64,000 bases of DNA from an uncultured Candidatus Saccharibacteria bacterium (GCA_964360065.1 CAYHTW010000002.1:2251-66250), one strand, 5' to 3'. Positions 30,799 to 40,434 are shown, numbered from the stretch's first letter. The notes: generated by a model not told the origin, from the sequence alone. Translations and numbers: made by a program.

Positions 30799-32037
30799 TT
30801 ATTCTTCGCCTACCTTATGATAGACCGGCTTATCGCCATCTTCAACAATATCTTCAGCTTTGGGTTTTACGGCAGCAATGCCCTCGGCGGAGGCGATGCC
30901 TCCCTCTAAGGCCACATCCGGCTTGGATTGAGAACGAACATCTATCTTCCAACCAGTAAGCTTAGCTGCTAGCCTAACATTCTGCCCACCTTTGCCGATA
31001 GCTAAAGATTGCTGATCATCTGGTACAAAGGCTTTGGCTTCTCTTTCTCCAGAAAGCTCAACTGACCTTACTTTAGCGGGAGACAACGAGTACGCAATAA
31101 ACTTAGCGGGGTCTTCGGACCATTCAATGATATCAAGTTTCTCCTGACCTAATTCGCTATTAACCGCCATAACGCGAGTACCACGCTGACCCACACAGCT
31201 TCCTACCGGATCAACTCCGTCTACATTAGAGGCCACGGCAATTTTAGTGCGGCTGCCCGGTTCTCTGGCGATAGCTTTTATCTCTACAACTTTATCGGCA
31301 ATTTCTGGGACTTCCATTTCAAAAAGCTTGCTGACAAATTTCGGGTGAGCCCTGGACAGCACTATGCCCGCATTTCTGCTTTCGGTCTGGACAGAAAGAA
31401 CGTAAAACTTCATTCTCTCCATGGCTTTATAGTACTCACCGGGGATAGCTTCATTTGGGAACATAATACCTATAGTTCGGCCAAGGTCTATGAAAACATT
31501 ACCTCTTTCAAAGCGCTGAATAATACCGGAAACAACTTGCCCTTCTTTATTTTTAAACTCCGCTGTAATCGATTCCCTTTCAGCTTCCCTTATTTTCTGG
31601 ATGATGACTTGTTTAGCGGTCTGAGCGGCAATACGGCCGAAGTCAGTCTTGGCCTCCAAGGGGAACTCAAATTCATCACCCACTTTAACATCTTTTTTCA
31701 TTTTTTTAGCTTCACCAACCAATAAGTGTCTCTCGGAATTGTAGCGGGGTAAAGGAGCTTCTTCTCCTTCAATCCTTTCTGTCACTTCTTCTACATCAAC
31801 GCTCTCGGGATCAACTATTTTAACAGTAGTCTCGTCTACTACCTCTTTGACCTGTGTAAACTTGATGTCACCTTGGTCCATATCCAACTTGGCTTTAACG
31901 ACGACGCCACGGGTCATATACTCCTTTTTGTAGGCAGCAGCGAGGGCGCCTTCAATAGCCTCGAAAACTTTTGCGGCTTCTATTTTTTTATCTTCAGTGA
32001 TTTGGGCCACGCCCTGTATTAATGCTTTTAAGTCCAT
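30799..32037 (-). CDS. nusA: Transcription factor NusA
   Basis: FGRIAAQTAKQ, AREPGSRTK, AIGKGGQNVRLA; start MDLKA. Confidence 0.95.
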   Translation of the reverse strand: MDLKALIQGVAQITEDKKIEAAKVFEAIEGALAAAYKKEYMTRGVVVKAKLDMDQGDIKFTQVKEVVDETTVKIVDPESVDVEEVTERIEGEEAPLPRYNSERHLLVGEAKKMKKDVKVGDEFEFPLEAKTDFGRIAAQTAKQVIIQKIREAERESITAEFKNKEGQVVSGIIQRFERGNVFIDLGRTIGIMFPNEAIPGEYYKAMERMKFYVLSVQTESRNAGIVLSRAHPKFVSKLFEMEVPEIADKVVEIKAIAREPGSRTKIAVASNVDGVDPVGSCVGQRGTRVMAVNSELGQEKLDIIEWSEDPAKFIAYSLSPAKVRSVELSGEREAKAFVPDDQQSLAIGKGGQNVRLAAKLTGWKIDVRSQSKPDVALEGGIASAEGIAAVKPKAEDIVEDGDKPVYHKVGEE

Positions 32038-32118
32038 ACTAATTAATCTAAAGACCCGAATAACTTCGGGTCTTTCATTGCAAGAGATTGTACTTCTTCC
32101 CTGTTGAGCCGTCAAATC

Positions 32119-33354
32119 TTATAATGGCAACCCGAGGAGCTTCATTGCTTCTTTAAGACCGTTGAAAGAAGTGCTAACGACAAGATAATTATTGAACCGG
32201 GCGTAATTAAAAGAGGCTCCTATGGTGGAATAATTAATATATCTGGCCTTAGCGTCGCCAATGGTTATACCGTCCTTGAAAACTCCTATAGCTGCTCCAG
32301 GAGAAGTTAAGAATAAATTAGGCAAGTTGTCGGAAGACTCTATACTTTTTATGTCGGCAGAGACGGTAGCGGGGTTTGCCGAATCGTTTAGTTTAAAGAT
32401 ATAACCCGGCCTAGAACCATTAGCATCTTTGTAAACGAAAGCGGTCATGTCTCTATCGAAGGCGGTCAAAATTGTCGTTGGGTTCAGTTCCGGGAAGGCA
32501 ATAGCCATAAAAGCTGTGGCATCAACCGGAGAATTATTTACATTAAGGTTGATTTCGGTGAGAGTCTTGGGTTGAGCACCGAAAACAGCCGCAGTAAAAG
32601 CCGTTTGGATTTCGCCGAGAGTTAAAGTGGTCAGATTAACTGTGGAAGTAGAGGTCGGGGCAGTAATGAAAAAGGTTTGATGAGTTAACTGGGTGACTAC
32701 GGGGGGGGTGTTAGTGGTTGCTGAGGTTTGATCTCCGGTAGTATCAGTTGTGACGGAAACGGGGGTATTATTTCCCACTGGGAAAATAAGAGGCATGATA
32801 AAGAAGTAAATAACGAGTCCTGCTATAACAACAAGCGCGGCTGAAGCAGCTACTATAAGTAACGAACTTGGGCTATGTGCTGGTAGAACTACTTTAGTAG
32901 TGGCTCCTGGTGCCGAAGTGACCGCAGAAGGGTTGAAAACTGGCGCCTTAGAAAAATCAGCAGGCTGGAAAGTAGTTGGTTTAGTCTCAAGTCCTCCAGT
33001 TGATTTCAGAGAGGAAAGGTCGCTGGCCATAGTTCTGATGCCAATATCTGGAGCTGGAGGTGGAGGAACCGGAGAAGAGGTCCTGGCGGAAAAATTAGGA
33101 GGCGTAGTAAAAGAAACGGGGGGAGCCATAGGTGGACCCTGTTGGATCGGGGTAGTAGGTGTTACCGGAGAAATTGGTTTTGGCGCTATTGGAGATATTG
33201 GTGGGGCTACCGGCGGAGGTGGCGGTGGCGGTGGAGGAGGAGGCGGCGGTACTGGAGAACTATCAGGTATTCCAGCTGGCGGAACCGGCGGTTTATATTC
33301 GTTGTTGTCCGGCAAAGGAGCCGGACCTTGTAAGTTGTCTTGGTTACCGTTCAT
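32119..33354 (-). CDS. Proline-rich single-TM hypothetical protein
   Basis: Poly-Pro N-terminus, IRTMASDL motif, TM, Thr-rich linker, globular C-terminus. Confidence 0.8.
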   Translation of the reverse strand: MNGNQDNLQGPAPLPDNNEYKPPVPPAGIPDSSPVPPPPPPPPPPPPPVAPPISPIAPKPISPVTPTTPIQQGPPMAPPVSFTTPPNFSARTSSPVPPPPAPDIGIRTMASDLSSLKSTGGLETKPTTFQPADFSKAPVFNPSAVTSAPGATTKVVLPAHSPSSLLIVAASAALVVIAGLVIYFFIMPLIFPVGNNTPVSVTTDTTGDQTSATTNTPPVVTQLTHQTFFITAPTSTSTVNLTTLTLGEIQTAFTAAVFGAQPKTLTEINLNVNNSPVDATAFMAIAFPELNPTTILTAFDRDMTAFVYKDANGSRPGYIFKLNDSANPATVSADIKSIESSDNLPNLFLTSPGAAIGVFKDGITIGDAKARYINYSTIGASFNYARFNNYLVVSTSFNGLKEAMKLLGLPL

Positions 33355-33417
33355 ATGAGCTAATTATACACCCTTAACCCTACAACAGCACGTGTGGATA
33401 AGTAGGCTTGTCGCTTG

Positions 33418-35514
33418 CTATTTATTAAGCTGCTTTAAAGAAAGGCCTATCTTACCTTTTTCGGTTTTAATGACTTTGGCCCTAACTATTTCGCCGAGTT
33501 TCACTACATCAGACACTTTTTCCACGAAACCGTCTTTGAGTTCAGAAACATGAATCATTCCGTCCCGGCCTCCTCCTAAATCAACAATGGCTCCAAAATC
33601 CAACATTTTTATAATCGCCCCCTCTACAATTTCTCCAATCTCAAACTCTTTAACGATGTTTTTAACTTCTGCCATGGCCGCCTCCGCTGATTCTTTGGAA
33701 CCGGCAACATAAACCAAGCCGGCCTGCTCTATATCAATACTAATGGCTCCGGTACGTGCAATAATACCGTTGATCATTTTCCCTCCAGGACCGATGACTT
33801 CTCCGATCTTTTCCGGATCAATGGTAATAGTAAGAACACGCGGGGCATATTCTGAAAGTTCCGATTTGGGAGTTTTAATAACGCCGTCAATAAAATCCAA
33901 AATATGGAGCCTGGCTTGTTTAGCCTGTTGAAGCGATTTCTCCAAAATTTCAAAACTCACTCCGTCAATCTTTACGTCCATTTGAATAGCGTTAACACCA
34001 TCCCGTGTGCCAGCTACTTTAAGATCCATATCTCCATAATGATCTTCCGGTCCTTGAATGTCGGTTAAAACTTTATATTTACCGGCTTCGCCTGTCATCA
34101 AGCCCATAGCGATACCAGCCGCAGACTTTTTGACCGGGACTCCTGCATCCATCAAGGCCATAACAGAGGCGCAGACGGTAGCCATAGAAGAGGAGCCGTT
34201 AGAAGAAAGGACTTCCGAAACAACTCTAATGGTGTAGGGGAAATCTTCTTTACTTGGGATTAAGGGGCGGACAGCTTTTTCGGCTAAGGCGCCATGACCA
34301 ATTTCACGCCTGCCCGGAGCTCCAACTCGGCCAGTTTCCCCTACAGAGTAAGGCGGGAAGTTGTAGTGAAGCATAAATCTTTTCTTGCCGGACTGCTCTA
34401 TGGTTTCAATAAGTTGCTCCGAGCCAGGAGCGGCAAGCGTCACAACTCCCAAAGCCTGCGTGTTTCCTCTTATAAACAGCGCCGAGCCATGAGCACGTGG
34501 AAGAAAGCTTATTTCTCCATAAAGCTCCCTGACCTCATCTAACTTCCTGCTATCGGGTCTCTTGTCTTCTTTTAATATTTTCTCGTGCACCATAGCGTCA
34601 ACCGCTTCTTCAAAAAGGTGATTAATGGCTGCTGAATCGGCTTCAACGACTCTGGATTCATTAAGATAAGCTTCCAAAGTTTCTTTAACTTCTGCAAGAT
34701 TAACTTCTCTTTCGGTTTTGTCTTTGACATAGATAGCTTTATCCAGTTTACCGGATAGAAAATCGCTAACAGTTTTTTTCAAATCCGCTGAAGGTTCTTT
34801 TAAATGGAAATCTGATTTTTTGCTGCCAACTTCTTTTTGGAACTTTTCCTGGAAATCAAGAATTTTATTTATTTCTTTTGAAGCGAGCTTGAAGGCTTCC
34901 ATAATATCGCCTTCTTTAGCGTCATCACCGCTAAGTTCAATCATATTGATTTTATCTCTGGATCCGGCTACGAAAGTTTCAAACTCAACTTTGCCTTTGG
35001 AGAGTTCGCTAAGCTTGGGATTAATAATAATTTTGCCGTCAATTTTAGCCACTTTAACTCCCCCCACCGGCCCTTTCCAGGGAATGTTAGAGCTCAAGAT
35101 GGCGGCTGAAGCAGTATTAAGAGCCACCAAATCTGGGTCGTGTTCTTCGTCAAATGACATGATGGTGACTACTATCTGTATATCTTTCCTTATTCTATTA
35201 TTAAATAAAGGGCGAATGGCGCGGTCCACGAGACGTCCCGAGAGAATCGCTTCATCTGATGGCCTACCCTCTCTTCTTAAGAAACGGCTGCCCAATATCT
35301 TACCAACAGCATAGAATCTCTCTTCGTAATCAACGCTTAGTGGCATGTAATCTATATCCCTGTCCTCTCCCCCCACTACAACGGTAGCTAGGACAGTTGT
35401 ATCTCCATACCTGCCGATAACGGCAGCATTGGCCTGCTCGGCAATTTTTGATACTTCCAGTTTTAGAATCTTGCCACCTACTTCAGTTTCAAAAGATTTT
35501 CTATGCAATTCCAT
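33418..35514 (-). CDS. pnp: Polyribonucleotide nucleotidyltransferase
   Basis: RREGRP, RREIGHG, SNGSSSMA, DHYGDMD, KH and S1 domains. Confidence 0.97.
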   Translation of the reverse strand: MELHRKSFETEVGGKILKLEVSKIAEQANAAVIGRYGDTTVLATVVVGGEDRDIDYMPLSVDYEERFYAVGKILGSRFLRREGRPSDEAILSGRLVDRAIRPLFNNRIRKDIQIVVTIMSFDEEHDPDLVALNTASAAILSSNIPWKGPVGGVKVAKIDGKIIINPKLSELSKGKVEFETFVAGSRDKINMIELSGDDAKEGDIMEAFKLASKEINKILDFQEKFQKEVGSKKSDFHLKEPSADLKKTVSDFLSGKLDKAIYVKDKTEREVNLAEVKETLEAYLNESRVVEADSAAINHLFEEAVDAMVHEKILKEDKRPDSRKLDEVRELYGEISFLPRAHGSALFIRGNTQALGVVTLAAPGSEQLIETIEQSGKKRFMLHYNFPPYSVGETGRVGAPGRREIGHGALAEKAVRPLIPSKEDFPYTIRVVSEVLSSNGSSSMATVCASVMALMDAGVPVKKSAAGIAMGLMTGEAGKYKVLTDIQGPEDHYGDMDLKVAGTRDGVNAIQMDVKIDGVSFEILEKSLQQAKQARLHILDFIDGVIKTPKSELSEYAPRVLTITIDPEKIGEVIGPGGKMINGIIARTGAISIDIEQAGLVYVAGSKESAEAAMAEVKNIVKEFEIGEIVEGAIIKMLDFGAIVDLGGGRDGMIHVSELKDGFVEKVSDVVKLGEIVRAKVIKTEKGKIGLSLKQLNK

Positions 35515-35524
35515 CTATTTAAAT

Positions 35525-36058
35525 TTATTGCTTCTTCGCTTTCTTAAAAACTTTAAAAACAACTCCCGGGGTTTTACCTAAATCTATAAAAGAATCCGCA
35601 GTGTCTTCCAACTTGGAGGAAGCGGTCCTATCAAAAGCGGCTACTTCCACGGTCCTGCCCAGCCCCCACTTTAAATATTCGACTAAAGGGATAAAATCCC
35701 CGTCACCGCTTACTATAATAACTACATCTACTAAGCTCGCCATTCTGATAGCGTCAACGGCGAGCCCCACATCCCAATCGGCTTTTTTCATGCCATCCGG
35801 GAAAATCTGGATGTCTTTAATACGAAGTTCTATACCGGCCTTGTTTAGAGCATCAAAAAAAGCGCCCTCACCTGTAGCGGGATCGCTTTTAACAACATAA
35901 CCAAGAGCCCGAACAAGACGTCTGCCGTTAACGAGACGTTTTAAGAGATTATCAAAATTGACACGTCCGCCATATAAATTCTTGGCGGAATGATAAAGGT
36001 TCTGGATATCAATGAAGACTCCAACTCGCTGTTCCTTATTGGCTTGCACTACAGACAT
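35525..36058 (-). CDS. NYN/LabA (DUF88) PIN-like domain protein
   Basis: FIDIQN, KADWDV, SGDGDF. Confidence 0.9.
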   Translation of the reverse strand: MSVVQANKEQRVGVFIDIQNLYHSAKNLYGGRVNFDNLLKRLVNGRRLVRALGYVVKSDPATGEGAFFDALNKAGIELRIKDIQIFPDGMKKADWDVGLAVDAIRMASLVDVVIIVSGDGDFIPLVEYLKWGLGRTVEVAAFDRTASSKLEDTADSFIDLGKTPGVVFKVFKKAKKQ

Positions 36059-36324
36059 TATCTCTTAAGGCCAAGCTTTTTGATAAGCTTAGCGTAACCC
36101 TCCAAAGAATTAATAGAGAGGTACTGCAAAAGCTTCCTTCTCTTGGCAACCATACCTAGTAAACCTTTTCTAGAGTGATTATCCTTGGGGTTTTTCTTTA
36201 AATGAGAGGCTAACTTTTCCATTTCCTTACTGATAACGGCTACCTGTACTTCCGCGGATCCAGTGTCTTTATCGTGAGCTTGATGCTCGTCAATTACCTT
36301 TTTCTTTTGTTTAGTAGTTAACAT
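36058..36324 (-). CDS. rpsO: 30S ribosomal protein S15
   Basis: DTGSAEVQ, KDNHSRKGL. Confidence 0.97.
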   Translation of the reverse strand: MLTTKQKKKVIDEHQAHDKDTGSAEVQVAVISKEMEKLASHLKKNPKDNHSRKGLLGMVAKRRKLLQYLSINSLEGYAKLIKKLGLKR

Positions 36325-36435
36325 ATTTCACCCAATTTAGCAGGTTTGGCTTGATTTGTAAAGGCTGACCGGCTCGTTTTTAGTGTCGCAAAATATTCCT
36401 TGTTACAACTTGAATAGATTCAAATCGTAAAAGGA

Positions 36436-36476
36436 CAAAATATTATGCAACAGTATATGTGTCGCATAATATTTTG
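36436..36476. promoter_or_regulatory. 17-bp inverted repeat with dif-like half-sites upstream of xer
   Basis: CAAAATATTATGCAACA-7nt-TGTCGCATAATATTTTG (1 mismatch). Confidence 0.6.
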
Positions 36477-36491
36477 ATGTATAATCTAAGC

Positions 36492-37382
36492 ATGGATTTA
36501 CAAAAAACCGTAAAGGACTATCTAGACTATCTGGAGGTGGAGAAAAACCGCTCTCCTCTGACGCGTAAGTCCTACGAAAGATGTCTTAGAAAGTTCCTCC
36601 TTATTACGGGAGCCAAAAAGATTAGCGACGTGACCGAAGAAAGCATCAGAGAGTTCAGAGTTAAGCTTGCCGACATGCCCGGCATTAAGAAAGGAACGCA
36701 GGCCTACCACATAATAGTCATAAGAAACTTCCTGAAATATTTGGCTAAGCGCGGGATTGCCTCTGTTTCCGCCGACAAGATTGAGTTGCCTAAGGTACCG
36801 CAACGGCAGATAAGTGTTCTGGAATATGCTGATTTAGAAAGACTCCTTGCAGCACCTAAGGGCAATGATTTAAAGAGTTTGAGAGATAGGGCAATACTGG
36901 AGACATTTTTTTCCACGGGCCTCCGTATTTCCGAGCTATGTTCTATGGACCGATTTACTAATTTTGACAGAGGTGAGCTCACTATAAGAGGCAAGGGTGA
37001 AAAATTACGTACAGTATTCCTATCCGAACGAGCTAAAAAGACAATTAAAGAATATTTAGACAAGCGAACTGACACAGACCAGGCGCTTTTCATCAGCATT
37101 TCTAAAGGGAAAAGCCCTAAAGTTCTGGGGCGTATTATCCCCCGCACTATTCAAAGAATGGTGGATTATTACGGCCGGGCAGCCGGCATTCCAAATAGGA
37201 TTACCCCACATAAGTTGCGCCACCAATTCGCAACCGACTTATTAATGAATGGAGCGGACTTAAGAAGTGTGCAGGAACTTTTAGGCCACGCCAATATCAC
37301 CACTACCCAGATTTATACCCACGTTACAAACAAAGAACTCCACGAAGTCCACGACGCCTTCCACGGACGGAGGAGGAAGTAA
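36492..37382 (+). CDS. XerC/XerD-family tyrosine recombinase
   Basis: TGLRISEL, GKGEK, HKLRH, LGHA, TQIYT; start MDLQK. Confidence 0.92.
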   Translation: MDLQKTVKDYLDYLEVEKNRSPLTRKSYERCLRKFLLITGAKKISDVTEESIREFRVKLADMPGIKKGTQAYHIIVIRNFLKYLAKRGIASVSADKIELPKVPQRQISVLEYADLERLLAAPKGNDLKSLRDRAILETFFSTGLRISELCSMDRFTNFDRGELTIRGKGEKLRTVFLSERAKKTIKEYLDKRTDTDQALFISISKGKSPKVLGRIIPRTIQRMVDYYGRAAGIPNRITPHKLRHQFATDLLMNGADLRSVQELLGHANITTTQIYTHVTNKELHEVHDAFHGRRRK

Positions 37383-38211
37383 CTATCCACAAGCCTTTGA
37401 CATGATATGACTTCTGTCTTAAACTAACACAGAAGTCACCTGCGCCCGCCGAAAGGCTGTGTGCAGGTTTTTTATTTACAAACGAATAAATAGGCCATAG
37501 AATCTCCATATATGGAGACCGAACGCGTTTGTATATTTATAGATGGCGGGAATTTTTATCATCTTGCGTTACAAAGACTTGGATTGCATGAAGTAGATTT
37601 TGATTTTGATAAATTCGCCACGTTTCTAGCTAATGGGAGGACTATAGCTAAAGAAGGAAAAAGATTTTATATAGGGACTGTAAGAGAGATACATGATGGG
37701 CACGAAAATAAACAGGCGATGATGCACCAAACAGCTCTTTTCCGTGAATTAATAGAGAAGGGTAATTGGGGAATTAAAACGAGTAAGCTAAGAACTAGAT
37801 TAGAGAGAATTAAAATTGATGATAGGTTTATAGATTATCAAAAACTACTTAAGGCTGGCTTTAAGGAAGTTGCTTATACTAGATCTAGAGAAAAAGGCAT
37901 TGATGTCAAAATGGCTACTGATATAATTGTTGGCGCAATAGATAAGAAATATGACACAGCTATCGTAGTTAGTTCAGATACAGATATTATACCAGCAATA
38001 GATTGGGTACGGATGAGGCTACATAAAAAAGTAGAATACGTTGGATTCTCTATGCCAGAAACCAAAACAAAAGAGGCTATTAAGCCTACAAAGACCATGA
38101 TTTATAAAACCGATGTACAGAGGGTTCTAATTGACTCAGATTTATACCCACGTTACAAACAAAGAACTCCACGAAGTCCACGACGCTTTCCACGGCAGAA
38201 GGAGAAAGTAA
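37308..38211 (+). mobile_element. NYN cassette flanked by 75-bp direct repeats of the xer 3' end
   Basis: 37308-37382 versus 38137-38211, 70/75 identical. Confidence 0.75.
37438..37477 (+). terminator. Hairpin plus U-tract between xer and NYN
   Basis: ACCTGCGC..GCC-gaaa-GGC..GTGCAGGT-TTTTTATTT. Confidence 0.7.
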
Positions 38212-38357
38212 TTTATTTTCTAGAAAGTTTGGCGCGCGCCAGCTCCATAGCTACCAACCGGGGATTCTTTTTCTCGGCAACTGATTTTCGAAGCACTGCC
38301 TGGGTGGTTTTCTTGATTTTTTTCTCCACTAAATCAAGCATCCGTTTCGGATTGTAA
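37512..38357 (+). CDS. NYN-domain nuclease; C-terminus reads through the xer duplicate and antisense into gdh
   Basis: FIDGGN, EKGIDVKMATD, SSDTD. Confidence 0.85.
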   Translation: METERVCIFIDGGNFYHLALQRLGLHEVDFDFDKFATFLANGRTIAKEGKRFYIGTVREIHDGHENKQAMMHQTALFRELIEKGNWGIKTSKLRTRLERIKIDDRFIDYQKLLKAGFKEVAYTRSREKGIDVKMATDIIVGAIDKKYDTAIVVSSDTDIIPAIDWVRMRLHKKVEYVGFSMPETKTKEAIKPTKTMIYKTDVQRVLIDSDLYPRYKQRTPRSPRRFPRQKEKVIYFLESLARASSIATNRGFFFSATDFRSTAWVVFLIFFSTKSSIRFGL

Positions 38358-39358
38358 CCGCGGTGTTCGGCATAGGATGAGATGACTCCACCGGCGTTAG
38401 CTATCATGTCCGGCACTATCATAATTCCTTTCTGCCAGAGCCAATGCTCCACGTTTTCCCGCATAGGGATATTGGCTCCCTCAACTATGATTTTCGCTTT
38501 AATACTGCTTTTGTTTTTGTCGTTAATGACATCTGTAACAGAAGCTGGAATCAAAATATCAACCTTCAGACCGAAAATAGCATCACGGCTTATTTTTTTG
38601 CCAGGCTTGTAGTCAGCTACAGACTTTCTCTCTTTTTTGAGTCCCATCAGTTTTTTGTAATCCAAACCGTCGGCGTTATAGACACCGCCACGGCTGTCAG
38701 CCACTGCCACAATTTTCGCTCCAATCTCTGCCAAATACTTGAAAGCAAAAGTTCCCACATTACCAAAGCCCTCTATGGCCACCGTAGCTCCTTTAATATT
38801 GAGCCCGTAAACTTCGGCGGCTACTGCCGTAGCTTGGGCTACGCCAAAACCCGTGCTGCCAAACTCATGCGGGATGCCGCATCGTTCCCCCTTTTTGCCG
38901 AAAATTTTCATACATAGGTCTGCCGGCTTGCCAGTAGCGGAATGCCAATTGCCGGTTGCCTCCACAAACCATTTCATTTCTCGCTCTCCTGTATTAACAT
39001 CGGGACCCGCGATATACATTTTAGGAGTCAGAGGTTTTATGGCCCGGGCAAAGCTTTGTATGTATTCTTTCTTTAACTCTTCCGAGCCGCCTGACCAAAC
39101 TATTCCAGCTTTAGCCCCGCCGAAAGGAATGTCGGCTAAAGCATTTTTAAAAGTCATGGTTCTCGCTAAACGAGCCACTTCGGTTTCTGTAACATCGGGT
39201 GTCATGCGAATACCGCCCTTACCTACACCCAAAGTCGTGTTATCAATAACCAAAAATCCACGCATACCGAGCAAAGGATCATAAACCTTAACGACTACTT
39301 CGGGACCAATTTTATCTTCGCCAGTTTTATTTTTTGTTTTAATTTGCTCCTGTTTCAT
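38213..39358 (-). CDS. gdhA: Glu/Leu/Phe/Val dehydrogenase
   Basis: GKGGIR, GGAKAG, GPDVNT, GFGNVG, EGAN, NAGGV. Confidence 0.85.
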   Translation of the reverse strand: MKQEQIKTKNKTGEDKIGPEVVVKVYDPLLGMRGFLVIDNTTLGVGKGGIRMTPDVTETEVARLARTMTFKNALADIPFGGAKAGIVWSGGSEELKKEYIQSFARAIKPLTPKMYIAGPDVNTGEREMKWFVEATGNWHSATGKPADLCMKIFGKKGERCGIPHEFGSTGFGVAQATAVAAEVYGLNIKGATVAIEGFGNVGTFAFKYLAEIGAKIVAVADSRGGVYNADGLDYKKLMGLKKERKSVADYKPGKKISRDAIFGLKVDILIPASVTDVINDKNKSSIKAKIIVEGANIPMRENVEHWLWQKGIMIVPDMIANAGGVISSYAEHRGYNPKRMLDLVEKKIKKTTQAVLRKSVAEKKNPRLVAMELARAKLSRK

Positions 39359-39365
39359 TTTTTTG

Positions 39366-39447
39366 TGCCCCCGAGAGGATTTGAACCTCTAACCCTTGCA
39401 GGACGTGCTCCTAAGGCACGCGCGTATGCCAATTCCGCCACGGGGGC
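39366..39447 (-). tRNA. tRNA-Leu(TAG)
   Basis: CGTGC-CTTAGGA-GCACG, long variable arm. Confidence 0.95.
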
Positions 39448-39578
39448 AGTTATATAGATAAATACTAGTATAACTTGACTATTTATTCAAAATATGGTAT
39501 TAATTAAGGAATGGAGAGGGAGTGAAAATAACCCGCCAGCTGGCGAACTATTCCCCTTCTTCTTCGCTAGCCACAATA

Positions 39579-39607
39579 AAAACCCGTCTTACAAAAAACG
39601 GGTTTTT
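39579..39607. terminator. Bidirectional terminator
   Basis: AAAAACCCGT...ACGGGTTTTT. Confidence 0.65.
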
Positions 39608-39629
39608 AAATTGCGCATTAAAGCACTTA

Positions 39630-39983
39630 CTACGCTCCTGGGAAAAGCCCTTTAACTACTATAGGTATGGCCTTAGCGATAAGAGCCACAAAGATGGCAA
39701 TAATAGCGTAGAGCATGTAGTGCTTGGCTTTAGTCAAGTTGTCTTCTATGGCGCCGGCAGTCAGGTACATATAGGCCGCCCAAAGGATAAAGATGGCAGC
39801 TAGCGCAACTAAAAGGGCGACTCCGAAGTTCATGATATTCTCAATTATCCTGGGAATATCTATGCTATTGGTGGTGTTGACTGGTGGAAGATTGCCTGGC
39901 AGTGCCTGAGCATAAACGGTGGCTGCCTGTGAAGCAAAGAGTAGGGCAGTGGAAACTATTTTTGAATTAAATTTATTTATCAT
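39630..39983 (-). CDS. TrbC/VirB2-like pilin
   Basis: Signal ending AQA, two TMs, YLTAG...KAK motif. Confidence 0.75.
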   Translation of the reverse strand: MINKFNSKIVSTALLFASQAATVYAQALPGNLPPVNTTNSIDIPRIIENIMNFGVALLVALAAIFILWAAYMYLTAGAIEDNLTKAKHYMLYAIIAIFVALIAKAIPIVVKGLFPGA

Positions 39984-40044
39984 ATTTTAGTGCTAAACTT
40001 CGACCTTTTTGTTTTTAATAAGATACCATAAAGGCCATTATTTG

Positions 40045-40431
40045 TTAAGTGAGGGGGGCGGGACAGAAACCGATATCACCAGCTCCCAATAGTCCGGTGA
40101 TAAGAACGACTAATCCTTTAGCGAGCAGAATTATCGCTAATCCTATTACAGTGTAAAGAATGGTGTTCTTCCCGGCTTCAAATCTTTGAGGACTCTCGGC
40201 GGCTGTCAGTATCAGGAAAGCGCCATAGAGTATCATTAAGCCTGCTATAGGAATAGAAACGGCTATTATGAAGTCTGTAACACTATAGATAATAGGGCAG
40301 ATGTCCTGGGGCAATAGCGTCCCGTCGGGTAATCTAGGAGGTTGGATGCTTAAACCACCACCGGAAGAATTTGAGCCGCTATCTCCCGGAAAAACAGTAT
40401 CGGCTAAAACTTTTTGTATTAAAAAATTCAT
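40045..40431 (-). CDS. TrbC/VirB2-like pilin
   Basis: YGAFLILTA...GKNTILYTVIG, Cys pair. Confidence 0.75.
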   Translation of the reverse strand: MNFLIQKVLADTVFPGDSGSNSSGGGLSIQPPRLPDGTLLPQDICPIIYSVTDFIIAVSIPIAGLMILYGAFLILTAAESPQRFEAGKNTILYTVIGLAIILLAKGLVVLITGLLGAGDIGFCPAPLT

Positions 40432-40434
40432 AAT

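Noticed and set aside
33219-33250. GGY/GGA triplet run
   Set aside because: Simply encodes the poly-proline tract of the 32119-33354 protein.
39522-39803. 93-aa plus-strand ORF
   Set aside because: Spans a terminator and overlaps a pilin gene antisense.
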